Positions 9,093 through 19,059 of a stretch of 64,000 nt of DNA are shown here, one piece after another. The translations under genes were made by a program, and so were the position numbers. A model generated the notes under the pieces. It was not told where the DNA came from. It made no database searches and saw only the letters and a list, made by a program, of their open reading frames with translations. The stretch lies in the IMG/VR virus record IMGVR_UViG_3300029288_000080, positions 64,001-128,000 of that record; one strand, given 5' to 3'. The stretch's first letter is position 1; each line of letters begins with the position of its first letter. Origin of the DNA: a virus (Duplodnaviria; Caudoviricetes).

Positions 9093-9368
9093 ATGTTCCG
9101 CACCGGCTCCGCCATGCTGGACGGGATCCTCTCGACCGTTGCGAAACAGCAGTTGGCCAGCAGGGAAGATCGTGTTGATGAAGCCCGGCAACAGTTTGAC
9201 TCCTGCTCGGTGCGAGAAATGTTGACTGGGATCGCCGACCTTCAGGCCCAGCAGTACCGGGATTTCGACCTCCATTTTGGCAATCAGCCGAAGTCCAATT
9301 TTTCCATGACCATCAGGGCTGCCCTGGCCCAGTGGGCCGCAGACATTACTCGTGATGAATCTCGTTGA
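9093..9368 (+). CDS. hypothetical protein
   Basis: ATG 4 nt after the upstream stop; overlaps the next gene start. Confidence 0.5.
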   Translation: MFRTGSAMLDGILSTVAKQQLASREDRVDEARQQFDSCSVREMLTGIADLQAQQYRDFDLHFGNQPKSNFSMTIRAALAQWAADITRDESR

Positions 9369-9774
9369 TCTCAACCGTGCCGTCGTCGCTGCTGCCCGAC
9401 AGGCCAAGCCGGTCGGTAGGGTTTTGTTCGCTGGGCTCACCAGGATCACGGCCGTCAGGACCGCCGACTGGAAATACCGTCAGTATACCAATCCGTCAGC
9501 CCCGTCGCCCGCCACGGCCCTGGCGTTGCGGCCAGGCGGCGTCATCACGGTGTCGTTGCAGAATCACCCGGCCACCGCGTATATTGACTCGGTCCGCAGG
9601 ATCCAGCATAATGGCCGCCCCACTTTCATTAAACTGGTCCTCATGATCGACACGTCCAAGTTGGCCGTGACGCTTGACCATGAAACCAAGTGTTCCTGCC
9701 TGTACTGCGGAACAGAACCCCGGGATAATTCGCCGTCGTGCAGATCATGCGGCGCGCCCTTGCCGAACTGCTGA
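9352..9774 (+). CDS. hypothetical protein with C-terminal zinc ribbon
   Basis: CLYCG..CRSCGAPL. Confidence 0.65.
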   Translation: MMNLVDLNRAVVAAARQAKPVGRVLFAGLTRITAVRTADWKYRQYTNPSAPSPATALALRPGGVITVSLQNHPATAYIDSVRRIQHNGRPTFIKLVLMIDTSKLAVTLDHETKCSCLYCGTEPRDNSPSCRSCGAPLPNC

Positions 9775-9787
9775 AAAGGAAACCAAA

Positions 9788-10297
9788 ATGATCCGTAGAA
9801 ATCGCCGTGTTGCATCACCAGAGTTCACCAGTTACGAGGAGGCGTGGGCATTTGCTGGCCCCAAGGTCAAGCAGATTGCCGACGACATCGCCGAGCAACT
9901 CCAGATGGTCCAGGAAGCCTTGGCGGCCGAAGGGATCGCTGTCGAGGTTACACCCCCATTTGAAGACCATAGTGACGACTATGGGTTTCTGCTCGGGATA
10001 GCAGTCACGGAACCAGATTCTGCCACCGGAGATCTGAACGACGACCTGACTGTTGACGTGCAAGTTAGCCTACTGGACAGCACCGACGCGTCAGAGCCAA
10101 CCGATCCAGACTGGGGCGTCAATATCAGTGTGAACGTTTCGACCGCAGCTGGCCGAATGTTGGGCGGGTATGCCCCGTATAATTATTCCGATCGAGTCTG
10201 GACCAAGAGCCCTGAGGAGTTGACCAGCAGGATGGATCAGTTTGACGCCAGCGCCGTGGCCGATGCGATCACTGATTTCTACGCTAAAAACGCTTAA
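9788..10297 (+). CDS. acidic protein with basic leader (putative internal head protein)
   Basis: AAGGA RBS; MIRRNRRVA then a highly acidic body. Confidence 0.75.
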   Translation: MIRRNRRVASPEFTSYEEAWAFAGPKVKQIADDIAEQLQMVQEALAAEGIAVEVTPPFEDHSDDYGFLLGIAVTEPDSATGDLNDDLTVDVQVSLLDSTDASEPTDPDWGVNISVNVSTAAGRMLGGYAPYNYSDRVWTKSPEELTSRMDQFDASAVADAITDFYAKNA

Positions 10298-10357
10298 TTC
10301 AACATTTTCTTCTCGCCCGTTCCTCTGCCAGTTTTCCCGCCTGATTAAATCGCCGGT

Positions 10358-10375
10358 CACGTTACTTTATAGTAG
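10358..10375 (+). promoter_or_regulatory. putative phage late promoter
   Basis: CACGTTACTTTATAGTAG, identical to 44028-44045; intergenic and co-oriented with the downstream gene. Confidence 0.75.
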
Positions 10376-10476
10376 CGAATCACCACATCAACCAAACTGC
10401 TGGATCAAGAATTTCGATAAATCGGCGTTAAGCCGGAAAACCATGGCTCATGGGAGCCAGCACAATGGAGGCCAAG

Positions 10477-11304
10477 ATGGCTATTGCTCCTGGTGCTTCT
10501 CAGCGCGGGAAGCTGGATCGTACGCGCAGTCGTTTCACTCGCGTGACCGAATTTCCTCTGGTCACGGGGGTTCCGTTCACTGAGGAAGGTCAGCTCGCCA
10601 TGGCGGTGAACACCGGGACTGGTGTTCATGCAAGCCCGTCGATGGCCGTGGCGGCCAACACTGAGGTTCCGCTCGGCGTGATCCTCAACGGCACCATCAT
10701 GGCGTCGACTTTCACGCATTTCGAGACCGGGACCGTCCCGGCCGCCCTGACCCACCAGCTCAAGTTCAACAACCTGGCGGTGAGTGACCGCTGGACCCCC
10801 CTGGTCGAGGCGTATTGCTACGTGGTGGCCAGCGGGCTGGAAATCCCCGTGACCGCAGCTGCCGCTGCCGCGGGTTCCTGTATGATCAATCAGGCCACCG
10901 GGCTCGTGACCTTCAACGCCCTGCAGACCGGCGGCATCCTTTCCATGGTTGGGGTGGCATTTGCGATTCGCTATCGCTGGAACATGACCGTGATCCAGTC
11001 GTTGTCGTTCTGCAAGTCCAGCCCGATTGGTCGTAGTTCCGAGGGGCTCTACGAGAAGATCATGATCGGGCGCGGCCATGGTTGCCGCTGCTTCACGACC
11101 CACTACGACGCCGACGCCATCTGGACCCTCGGGATGCAGACCGGCGCGACCAACTCGCCGTGCCTCGGGGTTAATGGGCTCTGGTCCACGATCACGAATA
11201 CCACGGGTGGTCCGCTGGCTGGTCCTGGCACGGCTTTCGGGCGCGTCATTTCGCTCCCGAGCGCCAATGACCCGTATGTTGGGTTTGAGTACAACACCCC
11301 GTAG
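10477..11304 (+). CDS. putative head decoration/cement protein, paralogue 1
   Basis: GGAGG RBS; beta-rich; close paralogue of 11475-12281; upstream of the MCP. Confidence 0.6.
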   Translation: MAIAPGASQRGKLDRTRSRFTRVTEFPLVTGVPFTEEGQLAMAVNTGTGVHASPSMAVAANTEVPLGVILNGTIMASTFTHFETGTVPAALTHQLKFNNLAVSDRWTPLVEAYCYVVASGLEIPVTAAAAAAGSCMINQATGLVTFNALQTGGILSMVGVAFAIRYRWNMTVIQSLSFCKSSPIGRSSEGLYEKIMIGRGHGCRCFTTHYDADAIWTLGMQTGATNSPCLGVNGLWSTITNTTGGPLAGPGTAFGRVISLPSANDPYVGFEYNTP

Positions 11305-11356
11305 CCGAGATGCTGATTTTGCGACTACATAGCGCGGCCCCGATTAAATCGTTAGG

Positions 11357-11374
11357 CACGTTATTCTATAGTAG
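11357..11374 (+). promoter_or_regulatory. putative phage late promoter
   Basis: CACGTTATTCTATAGTAG. Confidence 0.75.
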
Positions 11375-11474
11375 CAAATCACCGCATCAACTGATCAGCA
11401 GCATCAACGAAAGTGTCGAGACCAATCTCGACCGAATAATCGGCTCCCTTGAGCCCTAACTTTTGGAGGCCATG

Positions 11475-12281
11475 ATGGCACTTGCACCTGGAGCTTCTCA
11501 GCGCGCGAAGCTGGATCGTACGCGCAGTTACTTCGAGCGGGAGACCGAATACCCGCTCGTCACCGGCGTGAATTTCACCGAGGAAGGTGAAATCGCCATG
11601 GCGGTCAATACCGGGACCGTCGTCCATGCCTCGCCGTCGCTCGGCGCCGCTGTCACGGAGGTTCCGCTCGGCGTGATCCTCAACGGCACGATCGACGCCG
11701 TGACGTTTGCCCACTGGGAGACCGGGACTGTTCCCGCGGGCTTGACCTACACGACCAAGTTCAACAACATCTCGGCTGACCCGTACAACGCGGGTCCCCC
11801 GCAGCTCGCCGACGCCTTCGTCTACAACATCGTGACGGGCGCCGAGATCCCGGTCGTGGCTCCGGCGCCCGGTGCCGGTTCTTGCTCGATTGTCCTGGCC
11901 ACCGGGGTCATCACGTTCAACGCCGATCAGTTGAACGTGCGGTTTGGTATTCGTTACCGTTGGGACATGACGGTCGCGCAGTCCCTGGCGCTTTGCCGCA
12001 TGAGCCCTTACGGGCGTTCGAGCGAGGCTCTCTACGGCAAGATCAACATCGGCCGTGGTCACGGTTGTCGCGTGTTCACCACGCAGTACAACGCCAACTC
12101 TGTATGGACGCTCGGGCTGCAGACTTACCCCACGGGGCCGTTTGACGCGTCGCCGTGCCTCGGGGTCAACGGTCTCTGGTCCACCTGCGCGGACAACAAC
12201 AACGGCACCCCGTTTGGTCGTTGCATCAGCCTTCCGGGCGCCAACGACCCCTACGTCGGGTTCGAGTACAACACCCCGTAA
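11475..12281 (+). CDS. putative head decoration/cement protein, paralogue 2
   Basis: GGAGG RBS; shares KLDRTRS..EVPLGVILNGTI..GRGHGCR..ANDPYVGFEYNTP with paralogue 1; directly before the MCP. Confidence 0.65.
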   Translation: MALAPGASQRAKLDRTRSYFERETEYPLVTGVNFTEEGEIAMAVNTGTVVHASPSLGAAVTEVPLGVILNGTIDAVTFAHWETGTVPAGLTYTTKFNNISADPYNAGPPQLADAFVYNIVTGAEIPVVAPAPGAGSCSIVLATGVITFNADQLNVRFGIRYRWDMTVAQSLALCRMSPYGRSSEALYGKINIGRGHGCRVFTTQYNANSVWTLGLQTYPTGPFDASPCLGVNGLWSTCADNNNGTPFGRCISLPGANDPYVGFEYNTP

Positions 12282-12308
12282 CCGCGGGAAGGAATAAAGG
12301 AGTCTCAA

Positions 12309-13424
12309 ATGTCGATCTACAGTTCCAAGCTTGTTAACCGCCGGGGTGAAGATGTCGCCGAGCAGCCCCGGTACGCAACCCGGTCCAACGGGACCATCGA
12401 GAAGACGGGGTCCGCCCTGACGGACGCCCAGGGCAACTACAACGCCCAGGACCGCAAGGACCTGATCAACGTGATCAAGACCCTGACGGCCCAGATCGAT
12501 TCTGGCGACGTGGTTCGCCAGGCGTCGGTGGACGACCAGGCTGTCGCGAAGCTGATCACCGCCGCGATGTCCCAGAACGACGTCAAGGCCCCGGGGGGCG
12601 CGTTCGAGCGGGTCGGCCAGGTCGTGGCCGATATGGTTTCTGAAACGATGGGCCGCCAGATGTTCACCGACAAGATCCTGGCCCGCAAGGATGCCAAGGA
12701 GGGTCTCGGTGTGGTTCCCCCGGTCGAGATCGACCAGATGGACGTGACCGCGTGGCACCTCGTGTCCAACGGCAACGTGGTCGAGTCGCTCGTTAACCCC
12801 CGGTACGTCTCGGCCCAGGGCTTCTGGATCACGGGCCTCATCTACGTGGAAGAGCAGGACCTGTTCTTCGCGGGTTCCTCGTTCCTGGAGCGCAAGCACC
12901 AGCGGGGTCTCGAGGCCATCGGGGTCCGTGAGGACAACGTCACGAAGTTCCTGTTGGACCAGGCCGCCCCGATCGACAACGACCTCCTGACGTTCGGTAC
13001 CTTTACCCCGACTGCTTTCGGCGCTCTCCGTGATCAGGTTTGGGGCTGGGGCCTCAACCCCACGACCGCCCTGGTGGCCGTGGACCTGCAGCGCGACATC
13101 CTGGCGGACTCCGACTGGCACGATGTGTACAGCCCGGTCGAGCAGCACATCCTGTTCCAGGAGGGCAAGTTCGGCAGCGTGTTCGGTGTGGAAATCTTCA
13201 CCGACGGTTACCGGCTGGACACCCTCCGGGTGCTTGAGCGCGGCGAGGTCTACATGCTCGGCGCCCCCGCGACGCTTGGTGTGAAGATTCCCCTCATTGC
13301 CCTCAATTCGGAGCCCGTCAACCAGCACCTCAATGGAATTCCAAAGAAAGGGTGGTGGTTGTCCCAGTACGAATCCATCGTACTTGCAAACAGCAAGGCT
13401 GTGGCCAAGGGCACCAAGCTGTAA
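12309..13424 (+). CDS. major capsid protein (HK97 fold)
   Basis: 371 aa, AAGGAG RBS, strongly biased codons; GKFGSVFGVEIFTD..LERGEVY..KGWW..ESIVLANSKAVAKG resembles an MCP C-terminus; followed by a hairpin. Confidence 0.8.
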   Translation: MSIYSSKLVNRRGEDVAEQPRYATRSNGTIEKTGSALTDAQGNYNAQDRKDLINVIKTLTAQIDSGDVVRQASVDDQAVAKLITAAMSQNDVKAPGGAFERVGQVVADMVSETMGRQMFTDKILARKDAKEGLGVVPPVEIDQMDVTAWHLVSNGNVVESLVNPRYVSAQGFWITGLIYVEEQDLFFAGSSFLERKHQRGLEAIGVREDNVTKFLLDQAAPIDNDLLTFGTFTPTAFGALRDQVWGWGLNPTTALVAVDLQRDILADSDWHDVYSPVEQHILFQEGKFGSVFGVEIFTDGYRLDTLRVLERGEVYMLGAPATLGVKIPLIALNSEPVNQHLNGIPKKGWWLSQYESIVLANSKAVAKGTKL

Positions 13425-13472
13425 CCACCGATTGAACCTTTCCTAACCCCTACCTGATTTGTTTATTCATCA

Positions 13473-13499
13473 GAAAGGCCGGCTAATACCCGGCCTTTC
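13473..13499 (+). terminator. hairpin after the capsid gene
   Basis: GAAAGGCCGG-7nt-CCGGCCTTTC perfect 10-bp stem. Confidence 0.6.
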
Positions 13500-13542
13500 G
13501 CACGAAAAAACAAGTCTAACGACCCAACCAAAGGATTTCCCA

Positions 13543-14847
13543 ATGCGCAAGATTACGGCCAACTACTGGGGTGAAGAGTATCTCGACGCTGTCCTACACG
13601 AGATGGGCGTCGGTGACGGCGACGAATCCCCCGAGTTGCCCCCGGAGATTGACGTGCCCGACGCAGTCATGCCGGTGGTCCAGAAGCAGTACCAGGAACT
13701 CCTGGCCAACGAAGCCCCGGATCCCAAGTATTTCCTGCAGGGGGTGCAGATCACCGTCGCGGATTATTTCGACGGCAAGGTTGAGCCCTACACTCGCGAG
13801 GCCGACATCATTGCGATCTTGGCCGACGGGTTTGCCACGGAGGAGTTTTTCGGCTGGCGGGGCGGTTCCCCAGACTACAGTTTCTGGACCATGCACCAGC
13901 ACGAAATCGCTGATTTGTCCGCAGCCATCGGGGTTGACCCCGATCAACTGTTTGACGACCTGGGCAAGTTGGCCGTGACGGCAGCAGCGGAAGAGGGTCG
14001 AAAGTTGACCCAGGAGATCCGTGACGCCAAAGCCGAGGTAGACGAAAAAATCGTCAATACCGTGGAAGAAAACTGGACCCAGCCGATCAATAACATCATC
14101 GCGATGTGGACTCGCTATCTGGACCACGAAGTAGAAAATCCCCGCGACGTGACCGTGGATGAACTCGTCGCTATGGTGCCGGATTCCGACGAAATCGGCT
14201 ACGTCCACATGGATTTCATTGACGTGATGGACCAGGTGCTTCCTGGCTTGGCCCGTCAGGTTCTCCTGGCCCCCGATCCCCGCCAGACCGAAATCCCGTT
14301 CCCGAAGCGGCGCGGTCGGCCCCAGAAGCATTTCTACAAGAAGTCGTCGTCGGACCCCACCCTTGTTGACGATTTAGTTTCCGACGTGGTAGACGCGGTC
14401 CACGCCCATACCAAGGGCAAACCAGTCCACGTCGACGAGACCTACACGTTCGTCTACGGGTTGGTGACCTCCATGGTGGAGCAGCTGCCTGACGACCAGG
14501 TCGCCCCCTGGGGTAACCGCGACGACTTGATCGCTAGGGTCACGAACACCGCATATGACGAATGGCGACGTGATCTTGGCCGCGACCTTCACCGCCATGA
14601 ACGACCTTTTGGGCGTGGTGGTTTTGGTCGCGGCGGAAACGCCCGTCGCGCCGCCAGCGACGACGATTTGATCGAGCGGTACCTCGGGACCGAAGGGCCG
14701 GAAGCCTTTGGGTCCATCGAGGAGATCGAGGAATACTTCAAGCCCGAGTCCCTGGATTATATGTTCGGGCCCGAGGGTGGCCACCCCGACGCCAACGAAG
14801 CCCGTGTGGCTGTGACGAGGGCGTGGCAGCAGCGACACGACCAGTAG
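13543..14847 (+). CDS. acidic modular protein (putative internal head protein)
   Basis: AAGGA RBS; acidic blocks separated by basic linkers (KRRGRPQKHFYKKSS; RGGFGRGGNARRAA). Confidence 0.75.
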   Translation: MRKITANYWGEEYLDAVLHEMGVGDGDESPELPPEIDVPDAVMPVVQKQYQELLANEAPDPKYFLQGVQITVADYFDGKVEPYTREADIIAILADGFATEEFFGWRGGSPDYSFWTMHQHEIADLSAAIGVDPDQLFDDLGKLAVTAAAEEGRKLTQEIRDAKAEVDEKIVNTVEENWTQPINNIIAMWTRYLDHEVENPRDVTVDELVAMVPDSDEIGYVHMDFIDVMDQVLPGLARQVLLAPDPRQTEIPFPKRRGRPQKHFYKKSSSDPTLVDDLVSDVVDAVHAHTKGKPVHVDETYTFVYGLVTSMVEQLPDDQVAPWGNRDDLIARVTNTAYDEWRRDLGRDLHRHERPFGRGGFGRGGNARRAASDDDLIERYLGTEGPEAFGSIEEIEEYFKPESLDYMFGPEGGHPDANEARVAVTRAWQQRHDQ

Positions 14848-14854
14848 GTGCAGC

Positions 14855-17800
14855 ATGTCGGTTAATCCTGACAACAGAATCCCCGAGCCTCCATTCACCA
14901 CCGCAGAAGCCGGGATCATCGGTGACACCATCGGGATTATCTGGGATCAAGTGGATTTCTCGGTGGACCAGTTTCTGGCCGGGCTCCAGGTAGAGTTGGA
15001 ACATGGGGCCCGGGATCCCGAGACCGACGTGACCCAGGACGACCCCTACGAAACCGGTAAAATCGCTTGGGCCCACCTGAAAGAAAAGCCTGACTACTAC
15101 GAGGGATTAGCCGCGATGGAAAAAGCCAACGAACCTGCTGCCCAGGCTGCCCCCAAGGACGAAGGCGCTATCCCGATGTCGCCCAACAACATGGTGGCCC
15201 CTATGGATTCGACTACCCAGGCGAAGTCCGCTGAAGTCGAGAAGTCAGCGGTGGTGAAGCGTTGCCGCCCCACTGATTGCCCCGATAAACCTGACGATGA
15301 AAAGCGCTGGTGCCTCTTGACCCACGACGAAAAGAAAGCCTTGAAGTGTGCCCCGACCCGTGAGGAAGCCGTCAAGCAGGAAAAGAACGTCAACTTCTTC
15401 AAGCACCAAGGGACCACCATGGAACCTCGCTACACCATCCTGACCGCCGCGATGATCCTGCGGGAAGCTGCCCAGGGCCGTGACGTTGACGACATGGATC
15501 TCTCGTGGGACTCAGGGGCCATCGGGACCATCACGAAGGAACTGGATTCCGCCGCGATCCGATGGGTCCAGTCGGATGCGTTTCCCAAGGACGACGAAAC
15601 CTTCGAGATGCTGGATCCCGTCACGGATGACCGTGCACTCCCGGCCAAGCCCGACGAGTATTACCCGGTGTTCATCAAGTTCTGCCAGCGGTACGGCTTG
15701 GACGTCGAGGATCTGGAAAAGCGTTGGGGTGGCCGGTCCATTGACCATCGGCTTACCGCCGTGGCCCGCGACTTTGCCCACAAGATCGTGCCACAGTGCA
15801 CCGAACAGTCCAGGGTTTGCCAGGATGTTGGCGGTGCCATGGCGTTCACGTTCGTCTCTCGCATCCCTGGCGTCATCTACATCGCGGCCGAGACGGAAGG
15901 CAAGCAGCAGTTCAACTTCAAGCCTCAGTTAACGAGGCAATACCGCGACGACAAGGCCGCCCCGACCAAGCAGGCTGGGGCCAAGCGTGCTGCCCTGGTT
16001 AAGCGAAATCGTGACCTCCGGGTTGCCGTCCTGGTCAACGTCAAGTCCATGTGGAACCCCAAGTTCGCCGAGGCGTTGCAGCGGAGCCTCACGAACCTGG
16101 GGGACGAGCCCGGCCAGCACCCGCTTGACGAGAATACCCTAGAGGCCCAGATCCCCGACACCGAAGTGGCCCGGGAAGCCCTGAACCTGTACTACACGGT
16201 CTGGGCCGCCACGATGGAAACGCTCTACAACTTCGGCAAGAAGGTCGGGAACGAAAATGTCCTGAACGTCACGACCGCTAGGTTGTCAGCCGCGATCACG
16301 GACCAAGCCTTCGGGGCCAGCAAGTTGATGCCCGAGCCTCCCGCCCAGAATCTCCAGGCGGAGTACAAGCAGTTCATCCAGATGAACAAGTTGACCAAGG
16401 GGTTCGACGTCAACCAGATTGTCCAATGGGCCACCGGGACCGCAGGCAAGACCTACAAGCAATGGGAAAAGGCCCTGACGGACCGGTGGAAGCAGGAGAA
16501 GCCCGCCGATAAGTCCACGGCAACTCCGCCGCCGGTTCCTGGTGGGGCAACCCCTCCTCCGGTTCCCCAGGACGCCCGCAAGCAGAAGCAGGGTGCTGTT
16601 GCGTCAGTGGACACCGATGAAATGGCTTGGGTCAAGGCTGACCTCGATGCCATCCAGCGTGACATCGACACTTTGGGTTTGGAAGGTGCCGCCCGTAAGA
16701 ATCTCGATATCATGACCGCTGCGTTGTCCGAAAATCAGGGTGGCATCAACGAGTACGTGAACAGTTTTTCTCTTGACGGTTTCACGGAAGCGTTTGCCCG
16801 CTGTGGCATGCAAGTTTCCTCCAAGACCAAGGTCAAGACCGCCGCGACCACCCGGGTATATTTTGACGACCTTGGACTTGTTGCGGTCATCAAGGTGACG
16901 CCGGAATCTCAAGCCATCATGGATGAGATGACCCCGCACAGTAAATACGCACTCCTCCTGGGTGACGAGGAACAATTTAATGCGCTCAAAGAAGTAGAAG
17001 CGGTAGTGCGGAAGCAGAAACTGTCGACTCCGCCCCGTGGAGCCAAGGTGCAGCGCAAGGCCATGGACTTGGACGAAACCCGCGCTCTTAAAAATACCAT
17101 GAAAACCCGCATGGCCGACGAGCCCGCAGGTCTGGGCGGCCCGCTGGACCGTGGTGACTTTCACTACATGACTATGGACGACCTTCGGAAAGTCCCGCTC
17201 GACCCAATGGCCGGGGACATTGGTGGCGTCAGTACCGTGACGAATCAGTTGCCCCAAGGTGTCGACGATCCTGACGTTGACCTGGAGATTGTTGACCTGC
17301 TCCTGGGCCTTGGGGCCCAGCATGACCCTGACGATCAGTATACCCTCATGACCCCGGTGGGTCCCCTGTACTGCCGGGTGGGTCACGATGCCCTGTACTG
17401 CCGGTTCCGCGACATCGAGGAAGCCCTTGGGGTTGTGGATTGTGACGCCCATTCGGGCGAGTGGAACCAGTATTACTTTGACGACGAGTCCCCCGAGAAG
17501 TTCGTGGGGCGACTGCGCAAGTTGCTCAACAAGGTCATGGAGCCCCCTGTTCCCATGGTCCAGGTCACGAGTCCCGGGATGGCCGACATGTTGGGGTTCG
17601 ACCAGCCTGGTCCTCTGGACCCTGATCTTGGTGGCCTACCGGATGGCCTGGAAGACTTTTCACAGGTCAGGGGCGCTGGATTCCTCGGGGTCAAGCCCAA
17701 GACCAAGAAGCTCCAGAAGGCCGAGGCCATGGCCGACAAGGCCCTGGTACAGATGCTCCAGGAGTTTGGGGCCCAGCAGAACCTTGACGCTATGTATGAC

Positions 17801-18880
17801 TGGGAACTTGACACCCCGGTGGGCAAACTGGGCTGCACGGTGCGTAATGGTGAGTTGTTCTGCCGGTTCGACAACCCCGAGGCCGCGGCCCTCGTGACCT
17901 CGTGTAATCCGTATTCCGGAAAATGGAATTTCCATTACACCGGCAAGGACCCCATGGTTGCGGTCGTGGAAGCTCGACAGAAAATTTCACGCCTTATGGA
18001 TCAGGTGGGTCAGCAGCGCGAGACCAGCAAGATCCGCAAGTTTGTTGACAAGTGGAAGGGAGCCAAGGTTAAGGTTGCTATTCCGCTGGATCCCGACCAT
18101 GCCTGGGAGCAAAAGATCCAGCAGTCGAGCAAGTCTGGCATGAAGTTTTTCAGCAATGACGACGCCACCTACGTGGTTACGCCCAGGGGCACCTCGTGGA
18201 TCGTTGCGGTCCCGGGTGAACAACTCGAGGAACCCATCCAGATTTCGGCTGTTCCAGAGGACTCGGTCGCGTTGTCCAGCAACCCTGTGCTGGATCGGTT
18301 GCTCACGCGATTTCCCCGGTGGTGCAGGCGCCAAGGGGTTGGCGGTCGCGCAGCGTCGGTCAAGCCCACGGGCATCCTGCACTCCGCTTCCTTGGGGCTC
18401 CAGATTGGGTTCCGTGGGGGTGCAGCCGTGCTGTCCCGGGATGACGGTGCCACCTGGGAGCAGGCCAGCAAGGTCGATTGGGACCAGGTTCAACTTGATT
18501 GCACAGCCCACCGGTGTGAGCAATACCAAGAATGGCCCCAGGAGGTTCGCGCGACGTTCCAGAAACTAAAAACGCGCGTAGGGGCTAGGTTAGAATGGTA
18601 CGAGCCAGGCGAGGGGTGGTATAGCAACGACCGAGGTGCGGAACCAGACGACGTAGATCTACACGACGACGCCCTTATGCCAGCGGCCGAGGCGTTGGCC
18701 GAGTATACACTGCTGGGTGGACTACCTGATGACCCTGCGGGTCAGAGCCGTAAAAAGCACGCTCACGACCGCTACCAACGCCAACTTGACCTTCTCGCAG
18801 AAAACTTTGGTGTGGACCTGCACCGTCGTCATGACCTCCACCAGCGTATCCGCGGGCTGGCCGATCGGTTGACCGCGTGA
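14855..18880 (+). CDS. large multidomain (polyvalent-like) protein with N-terminal DUF5661-like domain
   Basis: ELEHG..TDVT.DDP..T.KIA.AHLKE.PDYY motif; internal duplicated TPVG.L.C.V..L.CRF..SG.WN domain; many K/R-x-A linkers. Confidence 0.8.
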   Translation: MSVNPDNRIPEPPFTTAEAGIIGDTIGIIWDQVDFSVDQFLAGLQVELEHGARDPETDVTQDDPYETGKIAWAHLKEKPDYYEGLAAMEKANEPAAQAAPKDEGAIPMSPNNMVAPMDSTTQAKSAEVEKSAVVKRCRPTDCPDKPDDEKRWCLLTHDEKKALKCAPTREEAVKQEKNVNFFKHQGTTMEPRYTILTAAMILREAAQGRDVDDMDLSWDSGAIGTITKELDSAAIRWVQSDAFPKDDETFEMLDPVTDDRALPAKPDEYYPVFIKFCQRYGLDVEDLEKRWGGRSIDHRLTAVARDFAHKIVPQCTEQSRVCQDVGGAMAFTFVSRIPGVIYIAAETEGKQQFNFKPQLTRQYRDDKAAPTKQAGAKRAALVKRNRDLRVAVLVNVKSMWNPKFAEALQRSLTNLGDEPGQHPLDENTLEAQIPDTEVAREALNLYYTVWAATMETLYNFGKKVGNENVLNVTTARLSAAITDQAFGASKLMPEPPAQNLQAEYKQFIQMNKLTKGFDVNQIVQWATGTAGKTYKQWEKALTDRWKQEKPADKSTATPPPVPGGATPPPVPQDARKQKQGAVASVDTDEMAWVKADLDAIQRDIDTLGLEGAARKNLDIMTAALSENQGGINEYVNSFSLDGFTEAFARCGMQVSSKTKVKTAATTRVYFDDLGLVAVIKVTPESQAIMDEMTPHSKYALLLGDEEQFNALKEVEAVVRKQKLSTPPRGAKVQRKAMDLDETRALKNTMKTRMADEPAGLGGPLDRGDFHYMTMDDLRKVPLDPMAGDIGGVSTVTNQLPQGVDDPDVDLEIVDLLLGLGAQHDPDDQYTLMTPVGPLYCRVGHDALYCRFRDIEEALGVVDCDAHSGEWNQYYFDDESPEKFVGRLRKLLNKVMEPPVPMVQVTSPGMADMLGFDQPGPLDPDLGGLPDGLEDFSQVRGAGFLGVKPKTKKLQKAEAMADKALVQMLQEFGAQQNLDAMYDWELDTPVGKLGCTVRNGELFCRFDNPEAAALVTSCNPYSGKWNFHYTGKDPMVAVVEARQKISRLMDQVGQQRETSKIRKFVDKWKGAKVKVAIPLDPDHAWEQKIQQSSKSGMKFFSNDDATYVVTPRGTSWIVAVPGEQLEEPIQISAVPEDSVALSSNPVLDRLLTRFPRWCRRQGVGGRAASVKPTGILHSASLGLQIGFRGGAAVLSRDDGATWEQASKVDWDQVQLDCTAHRCEQYQEWPQEVRATFQKLKTRVGARLEWYEPGEGWYSNDRGAEPDDVDLHDDALMPAAEALAEYTLLGGLPDDPAGQSRKKHAHDRYQRQLDLLAENFGVDLHRRHDLHQRIRGLADRLTA

Positions 18881-19059
18881 CCCTCGCGCAAGCCATTGCC
18901 CTGGCCTGGGTCCAACGGGCCACTATTGACGAGCGTGACGCCCACGCGGTGGCCACCAGCCTGGTCCAGGAAATCAAGTCGATCAAGCGGGAAATCCGCG
19001 ACGAAATCCGTCGGGCCAGGAAACTGGGGGCGGATCGCTACCAAAAGGAAGTGTTGTGA
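18877..19059 (+). CDS. small hypothetical protein
   Basis: GTGA overlaps at both ends. Confidence 0.55.
   Translation: MTLAQAIALAWVQRATIDERDAHAVATSLVQEIKSIKREIRDEIRRARKLGADRYQKEVL

Noticed and set aside
10332-10343. TTTCCYGCCTG as an upstream promoter element (also near 26350 and 41902)
   Set aside because: Spacing to the late motif is inconsistent (14, 7 and 0 bp) and it is absent at most sites.
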